Shown here piece after piece: positions 8,375 to 18,408 of a stretch of DNA of 64,000 nucleotides. A model generated the notes under the pieces. It made no database searches, was not told where the DNA came from, and saw only the letters and a program-made list of their open reading frames with translations. Positions within the stretch are counted from its first letter, which is position 1; every line of letters begins with the position of its first letter. Source of the DNA: Anaerolineaceae bacterium (lineage in GTDB: Bacteria; Chloroflexota; Anaerolineae; Anaerolineales; Anaerolineaceae); contig JBAQMM010000252.1 of assembly GCA_049302815.1 (NCBI GenBank), positions 957 through 64,956 of the forward strand. Direction: 5' to 3'. The position numbers were made by a program, and so were the translations under genes.

Positions 8375-9910
8375 TTGCGACAAATTGTGTTAGATGGGAA
8401 TTCACTTACGATCGAGGAGGTGCTCGAAGTCGCGCATCATCCGGAAACGGTAGTTAAGCTCTCCGACGCAGCCATAACAGGTATCCAGCGCTCTGCACAG
8501 GCGGTTGCCAGATTCGCTTCTGAAGGCAAAATTGCCTATGGGATCACCACCGGTTTCGGTGCTTTTAAGGATCACCTCATCTCCCCGGATCAAGTTGAAA
8601 AGTTGCAGGAAAACATCCTTTTAAGTCACGCGGTGGGTGTGGGGGAATATCTGGATGAGGTTGCCACCCGGGCGATGATGCTCATTCGGGCCAATACGCT
8701 TGCCCGAGGATATTCTGGCATTCGCCTCGAAACGCTCCAGCTTCTATTGGATTTGCTCAATCGCAACATCCTGCCGTTGATCCCGGAAAAAGGCTCACTG
8801 GGTGCCAGCGGAGATCTTGCCCCCCTGGCGCACATGGCTTTGCCGTTGATCGGTCAGGGGCAGGTGCGCTTTCAAGGGAAGAGCCTCCCCGCCCTGGAAG
8901 CTCTGACCAAAGCAGGTCTTGTTCCCATCCGCCTTTCAGCCAAGGAAGGCTTGGCGCTCACCAATGGCACCACCTTGATGACCGCCTTGGGTGTTTTGGC
9001 TGTAGACCAGGCTGAAAAATTAATGTCCACTGCCAACCTGGCAGCAGGATTGACTTTGGAAGCCCAAAACGGGACCTTGATGGCATTTGAAGATCCTATC
9101 CACAGCTTACGCCCCCAACCCTGGCAGCGCAAAACAGCTGCACAAATGCGCAGCATTCTGGAGGGCAGCCAACTCACCAGACCAGACGACCCCACCAATA
9201 TTCAGGATGCCTACACCCTGCGCTGCATTCCACAGGTGCACGGCGCCATCCATAGCGCCATCGACTACGCGAAAACCGTCATTATTATCGAGCTTAACTC
9301 TGTCACAGACAACCCATTGTTATTCCTGGATGAATACGAAGAAGCGCAGATTATCTCAGGCGGTAATTTCCACGGCGAACCTTTGGCTTTAGCGTTGGAC
9401 TTTCTCAACATCGCTATGACCGACCTCGGAAACATTTCCGAACGGCGGATTGCCAAGCTGGTGGACAACAAATCCGATTCGCATACTTATCCACCCTTTC
9501 TGACGGAATGCGGTGGTTTGAATTCCGGTTTCATGCTTTTACAGTACACCGCTGCTGCGTTAACCTCTGAGAATAAAACCCTTTCCCACCCTTCCAGCAC
9601 GGACAGCATCCCCTCTTCCGGCAACGTGGAAGACCATGTCAGCATGGGTCCCAATGCCGCCCTGCATTGCCGGGAAATCCTGAAGAATCTGTCCTCCATC
9701 CTTGCCATTGAACTGTTTTGTGGCGCCCAGGCGCTTGACTTCCGCCTGCAAAAAGACCCCAGCCAGAGAATGGGTAAAGGCACCAGCCAGGCATACCAGC
9801 TTGTGCGCTCCGCGGCACCCTTCATCCCGGCGGATACTTTGATGTATCCTTACCTTGAAAAGGTAACGGACATGGTTCGCGCTGGATTGTTTGCTTCAAT
9901 TTTGAGCTGA
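8375..9910 (+). CDS. hutH: Histidine ammonia-lyase
   Basis: It has the MIO-forming GSLGASGDLAPLAH, YGITTGFG, and LLSHAVGVG with the Ser-His pair typical of HAL rather than PAL/TAL. TTG 8375 lies 8 nt after AGGAGG. The in-frame ATG at 8315 is an alternative start. Confidence 0.9.
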   Translation: MRQIVLDGNSLTIEEVLEVAHHPETVVKLSDAAITGIQRSAQAVARFASEGKIAYGITTGFGAFKDHLISPDQVEKLQENILLSHAVGVGEYLDEVATRAMMLIRANTLARGYSGIRLETLQLLLDLLNRNILPLIPEKGSLGASGDLAPLAHMALPLIGQGQVRFQGKSLPALEALTKAGLVPIRLSAKEGLALTNGTTLMTALGVLAVDQAEKLMSTANLAAGLTLEAQNGTLMAFEDPIHSLRPQPWQRKTAAQMRSILEGSQLTRPDDPTNIQDAYTLRCIPQVHGAIHSAIDYAKTVIIIELNSVTDNPLLFLDEYEEAQIISGGNFHGEPLALALDFLNIAMTDLGNISERRIAKLVDNKSDSHTYPPFLTECGGLNSGFMLLQYTAAALTSENKTLSHPSSTDSIPSSGNVEDHVSMGPNAALHCREILKNLSSILAIELFCGAQALDFRLQKDPSQRMGKGTSQAYQLVRSAAPFIPADTLMYPYLEKVTDMVRAGLFASILS

Positions 9911-9955
9911 TATTTCGTCGAGGAGAACCCTGGCGCAGGATTGTTCTATTTCCGT

Positions 9956-10984
9956 TTACCTGCGACCAAGAGCAACCCCCGCGATCTTCCCACCGCAGAC
10001 CGGGCAGAGATTGTCTTCTCCCAGGCGATTCCGGGAAACACTCATGCCGTACCGTTCAATCAAACTCTCATGGCAAGTGGGGCAATATGTGTTGACTGAG
10101 CCGCGGATATTCCCGGCATAGGTGTACTTCAGACCAGCCTGCTGTCCAATTTCCAGGGCTTGTTCCATGATTTCCAGGGGTGTCGGATCCACCTGGTCGA
10201 ATTTGTATTGTGGAAAATAGCGGCTCACGTGCCAGGGAGTATCGGTTCCAAGTTGGTTGGCGATAAAGGCAGTCAATCCCTGCAGTTGTGTGGGGTCATC
10301 ATTAATTCCAGGGATCAACAAGGTGGTAATTTCCAACCATACGCCGGCTTGTTTGAGAGCCACACAAGCATCCAGGACCGGCTGCAAATGCGCCCCGATG
10401 TACTTCCGATAGACATCGTCAGAAAATGCTTTAATATCCACATTAGCCGCATCCAAAAATGGGGTATAGAGTTTCAGCATCCCCTGGCTCATGTAGCCAT
10501 TGGTCACATAGACGTTTTTCAACCCGTTTTCGCGCGCCAGTTTTGACACTTCAAGCGTGTATTCAAAGAAAACTGTCGGTTCTGTGTACGTGTAGGAGAT
10601 GCTTATGCAGCCCGATTTTTGTGCGTTCGCCACTATTCTTTGTGGCGGAGTAAATTCAATTGAGGCATAATCAAACTGGTCGGAAGGCTGCGAAATTTCC
10701 CAATTCTGGCACCATTGGCAGCAAAAATTGCATCCTGGGGAGGCAATTGAAAAGGACTTGCTGCCAGGGTAAAAATGAAAAAGGGGCTTCTTCTCAATCG
10801 GATCGACATGTGCGGCAATCAATTTACCGTAGTTTAGCGAGTAAAGTGTTCCAGCCCGGTTGAGCCTCACCTTGCACTTGCCGGTATGCTGGTCGCTGAT
10901 CAGGCAGCGATGGGCACACAACCCACAACGCACCCGTTGTTCGGGCAGTTTTTCATACAGCAAAGCTTCTTGATCTTTTAACAT
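9956..10984 (-). CDS. AmmeMemoRadiSam-system-type radical SAM enzyme
   Basis: 342 aa. It has the radical SAM cluster motif GCNFCCQWCQNWEISQ (Cx3Cx2C), an N-terminal CGLCAHRC...GKC cluster and a C-terminal CPTC...CPVCG. Confidence 0.8.
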   Translation of the reverse strand: MLKDQEALLYEKLPEQRVRCGLCAHRCLISDQHTGKCKVRLNRAGTLYSLNYGKLIAAHVDPIEKKPLFHFYPGSKSFSIASPGCNFCCQWCQNWEISQPSDQFDYASIEFTPPQRIVANAQKSGCISISYTYTEPTVFFEYTLEVSKLARENGLKNVYVTNGYMSQGMLKLYTPFLDAANVDIKAFSDDVYRKYIGAHLQPVLDACVALKQAGVWLEITTLLIPGINDDPTQLQGLTAFIANQLGTDTPWHVSRYFPQYKFDQVDPTPLEIMEQALEIGQQAGLKYTYAGNIRGSVNTYCPTCHESLIERYGMSVSRNRLGEDNLCPVCGGKIAGVALGRR

Positions 10985-11037
10985 AGGTACAAGTACACTT
11001 AGGTGAGTTTAAATCTATTTTAGCACCGGAGGTCATA

Positions 11038-11832
11038 ATGCGGGTCGGATTCTTGCAGTTCCAGCCGTTGCGGGGGGATGTAAACCAAAACATTGATGCC
11101 ATTCAGAGCCTCCTGGCAGGCAAGGAATTCGAACTCCTGGTGCTGCCTGAATTGTCTAATTCCGGTTACCTGTATGATAGCCGCGAGGAACTGGCTGGTT
11201 CCAGTGAGCCGGCCGATGGCAGCGGTCCTTTCCTCTCAGCGCTGATTTCCCTGGCGCGCAGGCACCATGCCTGCCTGGTCAGCGGTTTTTCGGAAAGCAC
11301 AGCGAATGGATTATACAATTCGGCAGTTGCCGTGGATGAAAATGGTGTCCTGGCGCACTATCGCAAAATCCACTTGTTCAATACCGAAAAAAACTTGTTT
11401 CTTCCCGGAGATTTAGGCTTTAAAGTGTTTCCCTATAAGGACACCCAAATCGGTGTGATGATTTGCTTTGACTGGGTCTTCCCGGAATCTACGCGCACGC
11501 TGGCACTGCGGGGAGCCCAAATCGTCTGCCATCCAGCCAACCTGGTGCTGCCCTACTGCCAGGCAGCCATGGTCACCCGCAGCCTGGAAAATGGCATATT
11601 CACCATTACAGCCAATCGCATTGGCGCAGAAACTGGTCAGGGACAATCCCTGCAGTTTACCGGGCACTCCCAAGTTCTAAGCAATAAAGGTCAGCTATTG
11701 CGCCAGGCGGATGAGAGCCAGACTTGTCTGAGTATGGTCGAGATTGAACCAAAAGACGCGTTGACCAAACTCTTCTCCCCACAAAATGATCTGTTTCAGG
11801 ATCGGAGACCCGAATTCTATCAACTTCGGTGA
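11038..11832 (+). CDS. Carbon-nitrogen hydrolase (nitrilase superfamily)
   Basis: 264 aa. The Glu-Lys-Cys triad context is present: LVLPEL, YRKIHLF, GVMICFD. Confidence 0.85.
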   Translation: MRVGFLQFQPLRGDVNQNIDAIQSLLAGKEFELLVLPELSNSGYLYDSREELAGSSEPADGSGPFLSALISLARRHHACLVSGFSESTANGLYNSAVAVDENGVLAHYRKIHLFNTEKNLFLPGDLGFKVFPYKDTQIGVMICFDWVFPESTRTLALRGAQIVCHPANLVLPYCQAAMVTRSLENGIFTITANRIGAETGQGQSLQFTGHSQVLSNKGQLLRQADESQTCLSMVEIEPKDALTKLFSPQNDLFQDRRPEFYQLR

Positions 11833-11935
11833 ACGGGATTATCCCGACTGTTTAAGAATTTAGAACGGCACTACATTGCAAAAACAAAGGCTGTCTTGAG
11901 TGGGCAGCCTATATATTTCACCAGTTTCGTATGAA

Positions 11936-13147
11936 TCAAGCGCCGTATTTTTCCAGCCGGCCGGCATGTGCCAGAGCGTAGGGCATCAGATCAGTCGCTT
12001 CAAAACGCGAGCCCAGACTGCCAGCAACACAAGCCCGTTCACCAAAAGATGCAATCCCGTCAGGACGGCAATCCTTTGAATATAGCAAAGCCGGAACGGG
12101 ATGCCAGGAATGGGAGCGTAGTTTGGCAGGGGTGGAGTGGTCCCCTGTGACGATCAAAACATCAGGATTGAGCGCCAAAATACGTGGAAGCAGCCGGTCC
12201 ACTTCTTCGATAATGCCCACCTTGGCGTCAAAATTGCCATCTTCACCATAGCTATCCGTCTTCTTGATATGGACAAAGAAGAAGTCGTACCTGCCCCAAT
12301 TTTGTTCCAACATGGTGATCTCTTCATCCATGGAAGCTGCCGGGGGCATTACCGCCATGCCAACCACCTTGGCAACGCCGCGATACATCGGGTACATGGC
12401 AATCGCCAGCGCGTTCACGCCCCAAACTTCACCGAATTTGGGCCACTTGGGCAGCTGCGCAAATCCCCGCAGTACAAAACTGTTGGCGGGATGTTCGGCT
12501 GCCAGGATGGCACTACCCTGTCGGACAAACTCGCGAATATACTCAGCCGTCTTTTCAGCCTCGGGCGTCACTGCCTGGGCGATATGAGGTTTTTTACCCA
12601 CTGCCTGGGGATCAGTATCGCTGACGTCACCGCTGAGCCCTTCACCCCGCAGGACAAACACAAAGCGGTATTCCTTTTCTGCCTTAAGGACGATTTCGAC
12701 ACCCGGAATATGGACTTTGTCCATTAACAGGCTGCACAGATGTTCACCAACTTCGGTGGGAATGCGGCCCGCACGCCGATCGGTGATGACGCCATCCTGA
12801 TCAACCGTGCAAAAATTACCGCGGGCAGGAACATCACCGGGGAGCAGGTCAAAATCCACACCCAAAGCTGAAAGGACACCCCGCCCGATTTCATACTTGA
12901 CGGGATCGTATCCAAACAGCCCCAAATGCGCCGGACCGCTGCCGGGTGTCAATCCAAAAGGCAGCGGATGATGCAAGCCCAATACAGACTTGGCTGCCAG
13001 GGCATCCATGTTGGGTTTATTGGCACTTTCAAGTTCGGTCTTGCCACCCTCAACGAGAGGTAATCCGCCCAATCCATCCATCACCAGCAGGACAATTTTG
13101 GATTTAGCGTCTTCTTTCAATAGTGGTTTTATGGTACTAAAATCCAT
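11936..13147 (-). CDS. apgM: Cofactor-independent phosphoglycerate mutase, archaeal-type
   Basis: 403 aa with LLVMDGLGG, HIKKTDSYGEDG and IVTGDHSTP, which are alkaline-phosphatase-superfamily metalloenzyme motifs of ApgM. Confidence 0.88.
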   Translation of the reverse strand: MDFSTIKPLLKEDAKSKIVLLVMDGLGGLPLVEGGKTELESANKPNMDALAAKSVLGLHHPLPFGLTPGSGPAHLGLFGYDPVKYEIGRGVLSALGVDFDLLPGDVPARGNFCTVDQDGVITDRRAGRIPTEVGEHLCSLLMDKVHIPGVEIVLKAEKEYRFVFVLRGEGLSGDVSDTDPQAVGKKPHIAQAVTPEAEKTAEYIREFVRQGSAILAAEHPANSFVLRGFAQLPKWPKFGEVWGVNALAIAMYPMYRGVAKVVGMAVMPPAASMDEEITMLEQNWGRYDFFFVHIKKTDSYGEDGNFDAKVGIIEEVDRLLPRILALNPDVLIVTGDHSTPAKLRSHSWHPVPALLYSKDCRPDGIASFGERACVAGSLGSRFEATDLMPYALAHAGRLEKYGA

Positions 13148-13266
13148 TGGTTTTCTCCTTGGTCAACTTGTGAAAATTTTCAATAATAGTTGCCGCTCAA
13201 TTATAGACCGTCCGTAAGGCTTTTTCAAACCTTTTCTCTATGGTCATGACGGATAACAGTGCTCTG

Positions 13267-14172
13267 TTAAGCCTCAACTGTTCGTAAATTCTCACCATTG
13301 AGAAGTTCAATCACTTTGATGATGGCGGAGTTATCCAGGTCACCCCATCCAATGGCACACAAGGAATTGTAGAGTTGACTGGAAAGTGCCGCACCGGGCA
13401 GTGAAATCTGGTGTTGCCTGGCTGTTTCCATCACGATTGCCATGTCCTTAGCTTGAAGCTGGGACCTGAAACCAGGCTGGCGGTTCCCCTGCAACAAGCG
13501 TTGCGGTTTGACGTCCAGAGTCCAGCATTGCGCCGCCCCGTCTTTAATGGCTTCGATCACCTTGCCTGGATCAGCCCCCGCTTTTTGGGAGAATATCATT
13601 AATTCGCTCATGGCGAGCATCTGCGCGGCTACCATGATCTGGTTGGCAGCCTTGGCGATCTGCCCCGCCCCCGCGTCGCCCACATGGGTGATCTTCCTGC
13701 CTAAGACCGACAAAATCGGCATGACCGCTTCCAGGGCATCAGCATCTCCGCCCACCATGATGGAAAGAGTACCCTGCTGCGCGCCAACATCCCCACCACT
13801 GACCGGCGCATCCAGACTCTTTACCCCCCGCGTCAACAGTTTTTCGTAAATCTCGCGGCTGGCGGCCGGCGCGATTGTGGAATTATCCACAAAAACCATG
13901 CCCGGGTGCGCCCCTTCCGCTACGCCATTTTCACCAAAGACGACTTCCAAGACATCCGGGGTATCCGGTAGATTGGTGAAAACGACATCCGACTTGACAG
14001 AAACTTCCCTGGGTGTTTGGGCAGCAGAGGCGCCCAGTGCGACCAGCTCCAATACATTACCCTTGGAACGGTTGTATATCGTGGTTGGGAATCCAGCCTT
14101 GAGTATGTTCTTTGCCATGGGCTTGCCCATTTTACCTAAACCAATATAACCAACGCGCAGTTCCGCCATCAA
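13267..14172 (-). CDS. NAD(P)-dependent oxidoreductase of the 3-hydroxyisobutyrate / 2-hydroxy-3-oxopropionate reductase family
   Basis: 301 aa with GYIGLGKMGKPMAKN dinucleotide fold, DAPVSGG and a KDM..A lysine region. Confidence 0.85.
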   Translation of the reverse strand: MMAELRVGYIGLGKMGKPMAKNILKAGFPTTIYNRSKGNVLELVALGASAAQTPREVSVKSDVVFTNLPDTPDVLEVVFGENGVAEGAHPGMVFVDNSTIAPAASREIYEKLLTRGVKSLDAPVSGGDVGAQQGTLSIMVGGDADALEAVMPILSVLGRKITHVGDAGAGQIAKAANQIMVAAQMLAMSELMIFSQKAGADPGKVIEAIKDGAAQCWTLDVKPQRLLQGNRQPGFRSQLQAKDMAIVMETARQHQISLPGAALSSQLYNSLCAIGWGDLDNSAIIKVIELLNGENLRTVEA

Positions 14173-14384
14173 GCACCTCCGGTTTTTTTAGTAAATTATA
14201 GCCTCGCAAGAGCCACGCAACTTGACTCGACGAACATCATTCTTCTTTCACTATGCGCAGTACAGCTTCAATTTGAGTATAGCCCGTCTATTCCTGGACT
14301 TATCCCTTCTCAAAGTTTTAAGCCCGAATTTTTTTCTTTAAGGTATACTTGGTTGTTGAAAAATTACACTTTACGGAGGAAAAT

Positions 14385-16493
14385 GTGGATCCTATCTTAA
14401 CCGGACTTCTTAAGCCAAAAAGCATCGCCATCATTGGAGCGTCAACGACTCCTGGGAAAATTGGTTACAAAGTTATTCTTAATCTTATTGAAAGTGGATA
14501 CAAAGGCGGGGTTTATCCTGTTAACCCGACCGCTACGGAGATTTTAGGGTTCAAGTGTTACCCGTCTGTCAATGATATTCCCTATGTGGTGGACGCGGCG
14601 GTGGTCACTGTTCCGGCCAAATTGGTCCTGGGCGTTACCAAACAGTGCGGTGAAAAAGGGGTCAAAGGCTTGATCATTATCACCTCAGGTTTTGCCGAGG
14701 TGGGTGACGTGGAAACCGAACACGAAATCGTCAGGGTAGCGAAGTCCTATGGAATGCGCGTTTTAGGTCCAAACATCGTCGGAACGCTTTCCAATAGCGA
14801 CCACATGAATGCGTCTTTTTCACCATTCCTCCCATTAGCCGGTAAGGCTTCCCTGGTGTCTCAAAGCGGCGCGCTGCTGATCGCCATGGATGCTGCCACT
14901 TACACCCGCCGGGTTGGCTTTGACAAAATGGTTTCGATTGGCAATATGTCGGATGTGAACTTCTCGGACATGATCTCGTACCTGAACGAAGACCCGGACA
15001 CCAACTGCATCACCTTGTACATGGAAGGGCTACGCGATGGCCCTCGTTTCATCGAAGAAGCCCGCAAAGCCACCAAGCCCATTGTGGTACTTAAGTCCGG
15101 CGTGTCAGCGCATGGTGCCGCCGCTGCGGCTTCCCATACCGGCTCACTGGCTGGTGCTGCCAAAGTCTACAGTGCTGCCTTCCAGCAGGCTGGCGTCACC
15201 CAGGCAACAGATCTCAATGACCTGTTTGACCGCACGCTGGCACTTTCTCTCCAGCCCCGCATGAAAGGTGACAACCTGTTGATTCTCACGAACGGTGGTG
15301 GCGTCGGTGTTTTGGCAACCGACTCGGCTGAAAAATTCGGTCTCCCTCTGCATTTTGCTCCAGCGGAAGTCCAGGAAGAACTTAAGAAACACATGCCGGA
15401 ATTTGGTTCAGCCAAAAACCCGGTGGATATGACCGGCATGGCCGGCAATGACTGGTTCTATCAAACCACCAAATTCTCCTATACGCACCCTTGGGTGGAT
15501 GGTCTGGTGGTCTTGTACTGTGAAACAGCCATCACCGTCCCAGAAGAAATTGCTGAGGCAATCTACCGCGGTATCAAAGATTCCGGCATCACTGACAAAC
15601 CCGTTACCGTTTCCTTTGTTGGCGGAGAACGCAGCGACAAAGCCATGGAATGGCTGGTAGAACAAGGAGTTCCAGCCTACGGCGCCCCCGACATTGCGGT
15701 AAAAGCCATGGCAACCCTACGCGACGATCAACGCATGAGTGAACGGAACAATGCGGCTGAGTACGTGCCTGAGAATATTAACTCCGCCAAAGCCCGCGAG
15801 ATCATCGCCAATGCCCGCGCCATTGGTCGCACCGCCCTGACAGAAATCGAAGCCAAACAAGTTTTCAGCCTTTACGGGCTGCCGGTTACGCCGACTGAGA
15901 TTGCCAAATCTGAAGAAGAAGCTGTCAAGTTTGCCGATAAGATCGGTTATCCGTTAGTCATGAAGATTGTCTCGCCTGATATCTTGCATAAGTCTGATGC
16001 CGGCGGCGTGAAAGTCAATATTAAGAACGCCACACAGGTCCTCGAAGCTTATCGTGCCATCCTGGAAAACGCCCACAACTACAAAGCCGATGCCTTCATT
16101 GACGGTATCGCTGTGCAGGAAATGGCACCCTGGGCCACCGAAGTCATCATTGGTTCAGTGAACGACAGCACCTTCGGACCAACTGTCATGTTTGGCCTGG
16201 GTGGTATCTTCGTGGAAGTTTTGAAGGACGTCACTTTCCGGGTCGCGCCCATTTCAGTCGAAGAAGCGTTAACCATGGAAGATGACATCCGCAGCGCTGC
16301 CATTCTTAACGGCACGCGCGGTGAACTTCCCCGCGACAAGCAGGCACTTGCCAAGGTGCTGGCTGGTTATGCTTATATGGTTTACGATCTCAAAGATGAA
16401 ATCGCCGAGTCTGATGCCAATCCGGTGATCGTCTATGAAACCGGCAAGGGCGTCAAGGTTGTGGATGCCCGCATTATTCTGACCAAAAAATAA
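14385..16493 (+). CDS. ADP-forming acetyl-CoA synthetase (fused alpha-beta, NDP-forming acyl-CoA synthetase family)
   Basis: It has the CoA-binding PKSIAIIGAS..PGKIG, phosphohistidine-loop SHTGSLAG and a C-terminal ATP-grasp domain. GTG 14385 lies 5 nt after GGAGG. TTG 14349 is in frame but sits directly on a TATACT -10-like hexamer. Confidence 0.88.
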   Translation: MDPILTGLLKPKSIAIIGASTTPGKIGYKVILNLIESGYKGGVYPVNPTATEILGFKCYPSVNDIPYVVDAAVVTVPAKLVLGVTKQCGEKGVKGLIIITSGFAEVGDVETEHEIVRVAKSYGMRVLGPNIVGTLSNSDHMNASFSPFLPLAGKASLVSQSGALLIAMDAATYTRRVGFDKMVSIGNMSDVNFSDMISYLNEDPDTNCITLYMEGLRDGPRFIEEARKATKPIVVLKSGVSAHGAAAAASHTGSLAGAAKVYSAAFQQAGVTQATDLNDLFDRTLALSLQPRMKGDNLLILTNGGGVGVLATDSAEKFGLPLHFAPAEVQEELKKHMPEFGSAKNPVDMTGMAGNDWFYQTTKFSYTHPWVDGLVVLYCETAITVPEEIAEAIYRGIKDSGITDKPVTVSFVGGERSDKAMEWLVEQGVPAYGAPDIAVKAMATLRDDQRMSERNNAAEYVPENINSAKAREIIANARAIGRTALTEIEAKQVFSLYGLPVTPTEIAKSEEEAVKFADKIGYPLVMKIVSPDILHKSDAGGVKVNIKNATQVLEAYRAILENAHNYKADAFIDGIAVQEMAPWATEVIIGSVNDSTFGPTVMFGLGGIFVEVLKDVTFRVAPISVEEALTMEDDIRSAAILNGTRGELPRDKQALAKVLAGYAYMVYDLKDEIAESDANPVIVYETGKGVKVVDARIILTKK

Positions 16494-16514
16494 AGCATTT
16501 TACTAAGTTAGTCA

Positions 16515-16556
16515 AAACAAGCCACTATTGGTAAAATCAATGGGGCTTGTTGTGTT
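16515..16556 (+). terminator. Possible terminator after the acs gene
   Basis: AAACAAGCC (16515-16523) pairs with GGCTTGTT (16544-16551), followed by GTGTTT. The U-tract is weak. Confidence 0.4.
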
Positions 16557-16597
16557 TAATGCCCAAGCAGGAATACCAAGTATTTATAGGAGACTTT

Positions 16598-17377
16598 ATG
16601 GTCAAAGAACGAAAAAACTTCTTGATCGACATGGATGGCGTACTCATTCAGGGATCAATTTTAATACCAGGAGCGGATAATTTCATCAACTTGTTGAAAC
16701 AGGATAAGCGCAAGTTCTTGATTCTCACCAATAACTCGCTCTATACCACCCGGGATTTAGCCCATCGGCTTCAATTGACCGGTCTGGAAATTCCGCAGGA
16801 AAAGATCTATACCTCAGCCCTGGCAACAGCGTCCTTCCTGGAAAAGCAGAGACCCAACGGCACTGCCTATGTTATTGGTGAGTTGGGGCTGAGTGAAGCC
16901 CTGCATGCCATCGGCTATGTGCAAACCATGGTAAATCCTGATTATGTTGTATTAGGAGAAACCTTTTCTTACAATATCGAACAAATCACCATAGCCATCC
17001 GGCTGATCAATGCGGGTGCCCGTTTCATCGCCACCAATCCGGACCCAGTCGGCAATTCCGAAAATGGCATCGTCCCGGCTTGCGGCGCGATGGCAGCCCT
17101 GATCGAAAAAGCCACCGGGATTTCACCTTTTTATGTAGGAAAACCAAACCCCTTGATGATGCGGTCCGCCTTGAACTACCTGGACGTCCATTCTGAAAAT
17201 ACCATCATGATCGGTGACCGCATGGACACTGACGTGCTTAGCGGCATTTCATCGGGTTTGGATACTGTTCTGGTCCTCTCAGGTGTAACCAACCGCGCAG
17301 AAATTGAAAAATTCTCTTACCACCCCGACCATATCTTTAATTCAGTCGCGGATATTATTCCCAAAGAACTCGACTGA
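16598..17377 (+). CDS. HAD-superfamily subfamily IIA phosphatase (NagD-like)
   Basis: It has FLIDMDGVL (DxDG nucleophile motif), LTNNS, GKPNP and GDRMDTD. ATG 16598 follows a GGAG. The upstream TTG extension is unlikely. Confidence 0.85.
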   Translation: MVKERKNFLIDMDGVLIQGSILIPGADNFINLLKQDKRKFLILTNNSLYTTRDLAHRLQLTGLEIPQEKIYTSALATASFLEKQRPNGTAYVIGELGLSEALHAIGYVQTMVNPDYVVLGETFSYNIEQITIAIRLINAGARFIATNPDPVGNSENGIVPACGAMAALIEKATGISPFYVGKPNPLMMRSALNYLDVHSENTIMIGDRMDTDVLSGISSGLDTVLVLSGVTNRAEIEKFSYHPDHIFNSVADIIPKELD

Positions 17378-17397
17378 GCCCTTTATAATACCAAGAC

Positions 17398-18408
17398 ATG
17401 AAGGCAAAACTTACCCGCAGGGAATTTCTTAAATACGGACTGTTCGGACTTGGGGCGCTGGCTTTCCTGCCGAATCATACAGCCTCAGCGGGTGCCAAAG
17501 CCCCCCGTTACATGTTGGTGGGAAATAAAGATGGCACCAGTATTCACAAACTTCCAGATGAGTCCAGCGTGATCATGTACCAGCGCGCCTACAACGACAT
17601 CATCAATGTTTATGATGAGGTCGTCAGTGAAGCCGGGCCCATCTGGAATCCCGTCTGGTTCCGGGTCTGGGGCGGATATGCTTTCAGTGGAGATCTATAC
17701 GAAGTCAAGTACAAACTCAACCCCCTGCAAACTGAAATCCGTGAAACAGGCCAACTTGCAGAAGTCACCGTCCCATACACCAGATCCATGTTCTACAGCA
17801 GGTATGAAGGCTGGAAGCCGGAATATTTGTTGTATTACCGCTCTACCCATTGGGTCATGGATGTCCTCACCGGACCGGATGACAAACCCTGGTATAAGAT
17901 CAAGGATGAGAAGAATTCCGTAGAGCTGGCAGTTCCTTCGGAACACCTGCGGTTTGTTCCCGATGAGGAACTTGCGCCCATTCATCCTGACGTGCTGCTT
18001 GGAAAGAAACGGATCGAGGTATCCCTTCCGCTGCAGCGTCTGCAGGCGTATGAAGGGGATGAACTCATCTTTGAAACGAAAATATCCTCAGGATTTCCCA
18101 CGCCGGAAGGAACCTACAATATCCAGACTAAAATGGCTTCCAAACACATGGGATTGGGCAACGTCACCAGTAATGTCTATGCGCACGAATTGGTAGGTGT
18201 TCCCTGGAACTGTTTCTTCCAGATGAAGGATGGCATGGCAACACACGGCACTTTTTGGCACACTAATTTTGGCACCCCCATGAGTGGTGGATGCCTGAAC
18301 ATGTCCATGGATGATGCGAAATGGATCTACCTGTGGACCACCCCGATCCCAGCGCCGGAAGATTGGGCGAAACATGGCTATGGGACGCCAATTCACATTT
18401 CCAAGTAG
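17398..18408 (+). CDS. L,D-transpeptidase (YkuD domain) with Tat-type signal
   Basis: It has the twin-arginine-like TRREFLKYG signal and the catalytic region HGTFWHTNFGTPMSGGCLNM (H...SxGC). Confidence 0.85.
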   Translation: MKAKLTRREFLKYGLFGLGALAFLPNHTASAGAKAPRYMLVGNKDGTSIHKLPDESSVIMYQRAYNDIINVYDEVVSEAGPIWNPVWFRVWGGYAFSGDLYEVKYKLNPLQTEIRETGQLAEVTVPYTRSMFYSRYEGWKPEYLLYYRSTHWVMDVLTGPDDKPWYKIKDEKNSVELAVPSEHLRFVPDEELAPIHPDVLLGKKRIEVSLPLQRLQAYEGDELIFETKISSGFPTPEGTYNIQTKMASKHMGLGNVTSNVYAHELVGVPWNCFFQMKDGMATHGTFWHTNFGTPMSGGCLNMSMDDAKWIYLWTTPIPAPEDWAKHGYGTPIHISK

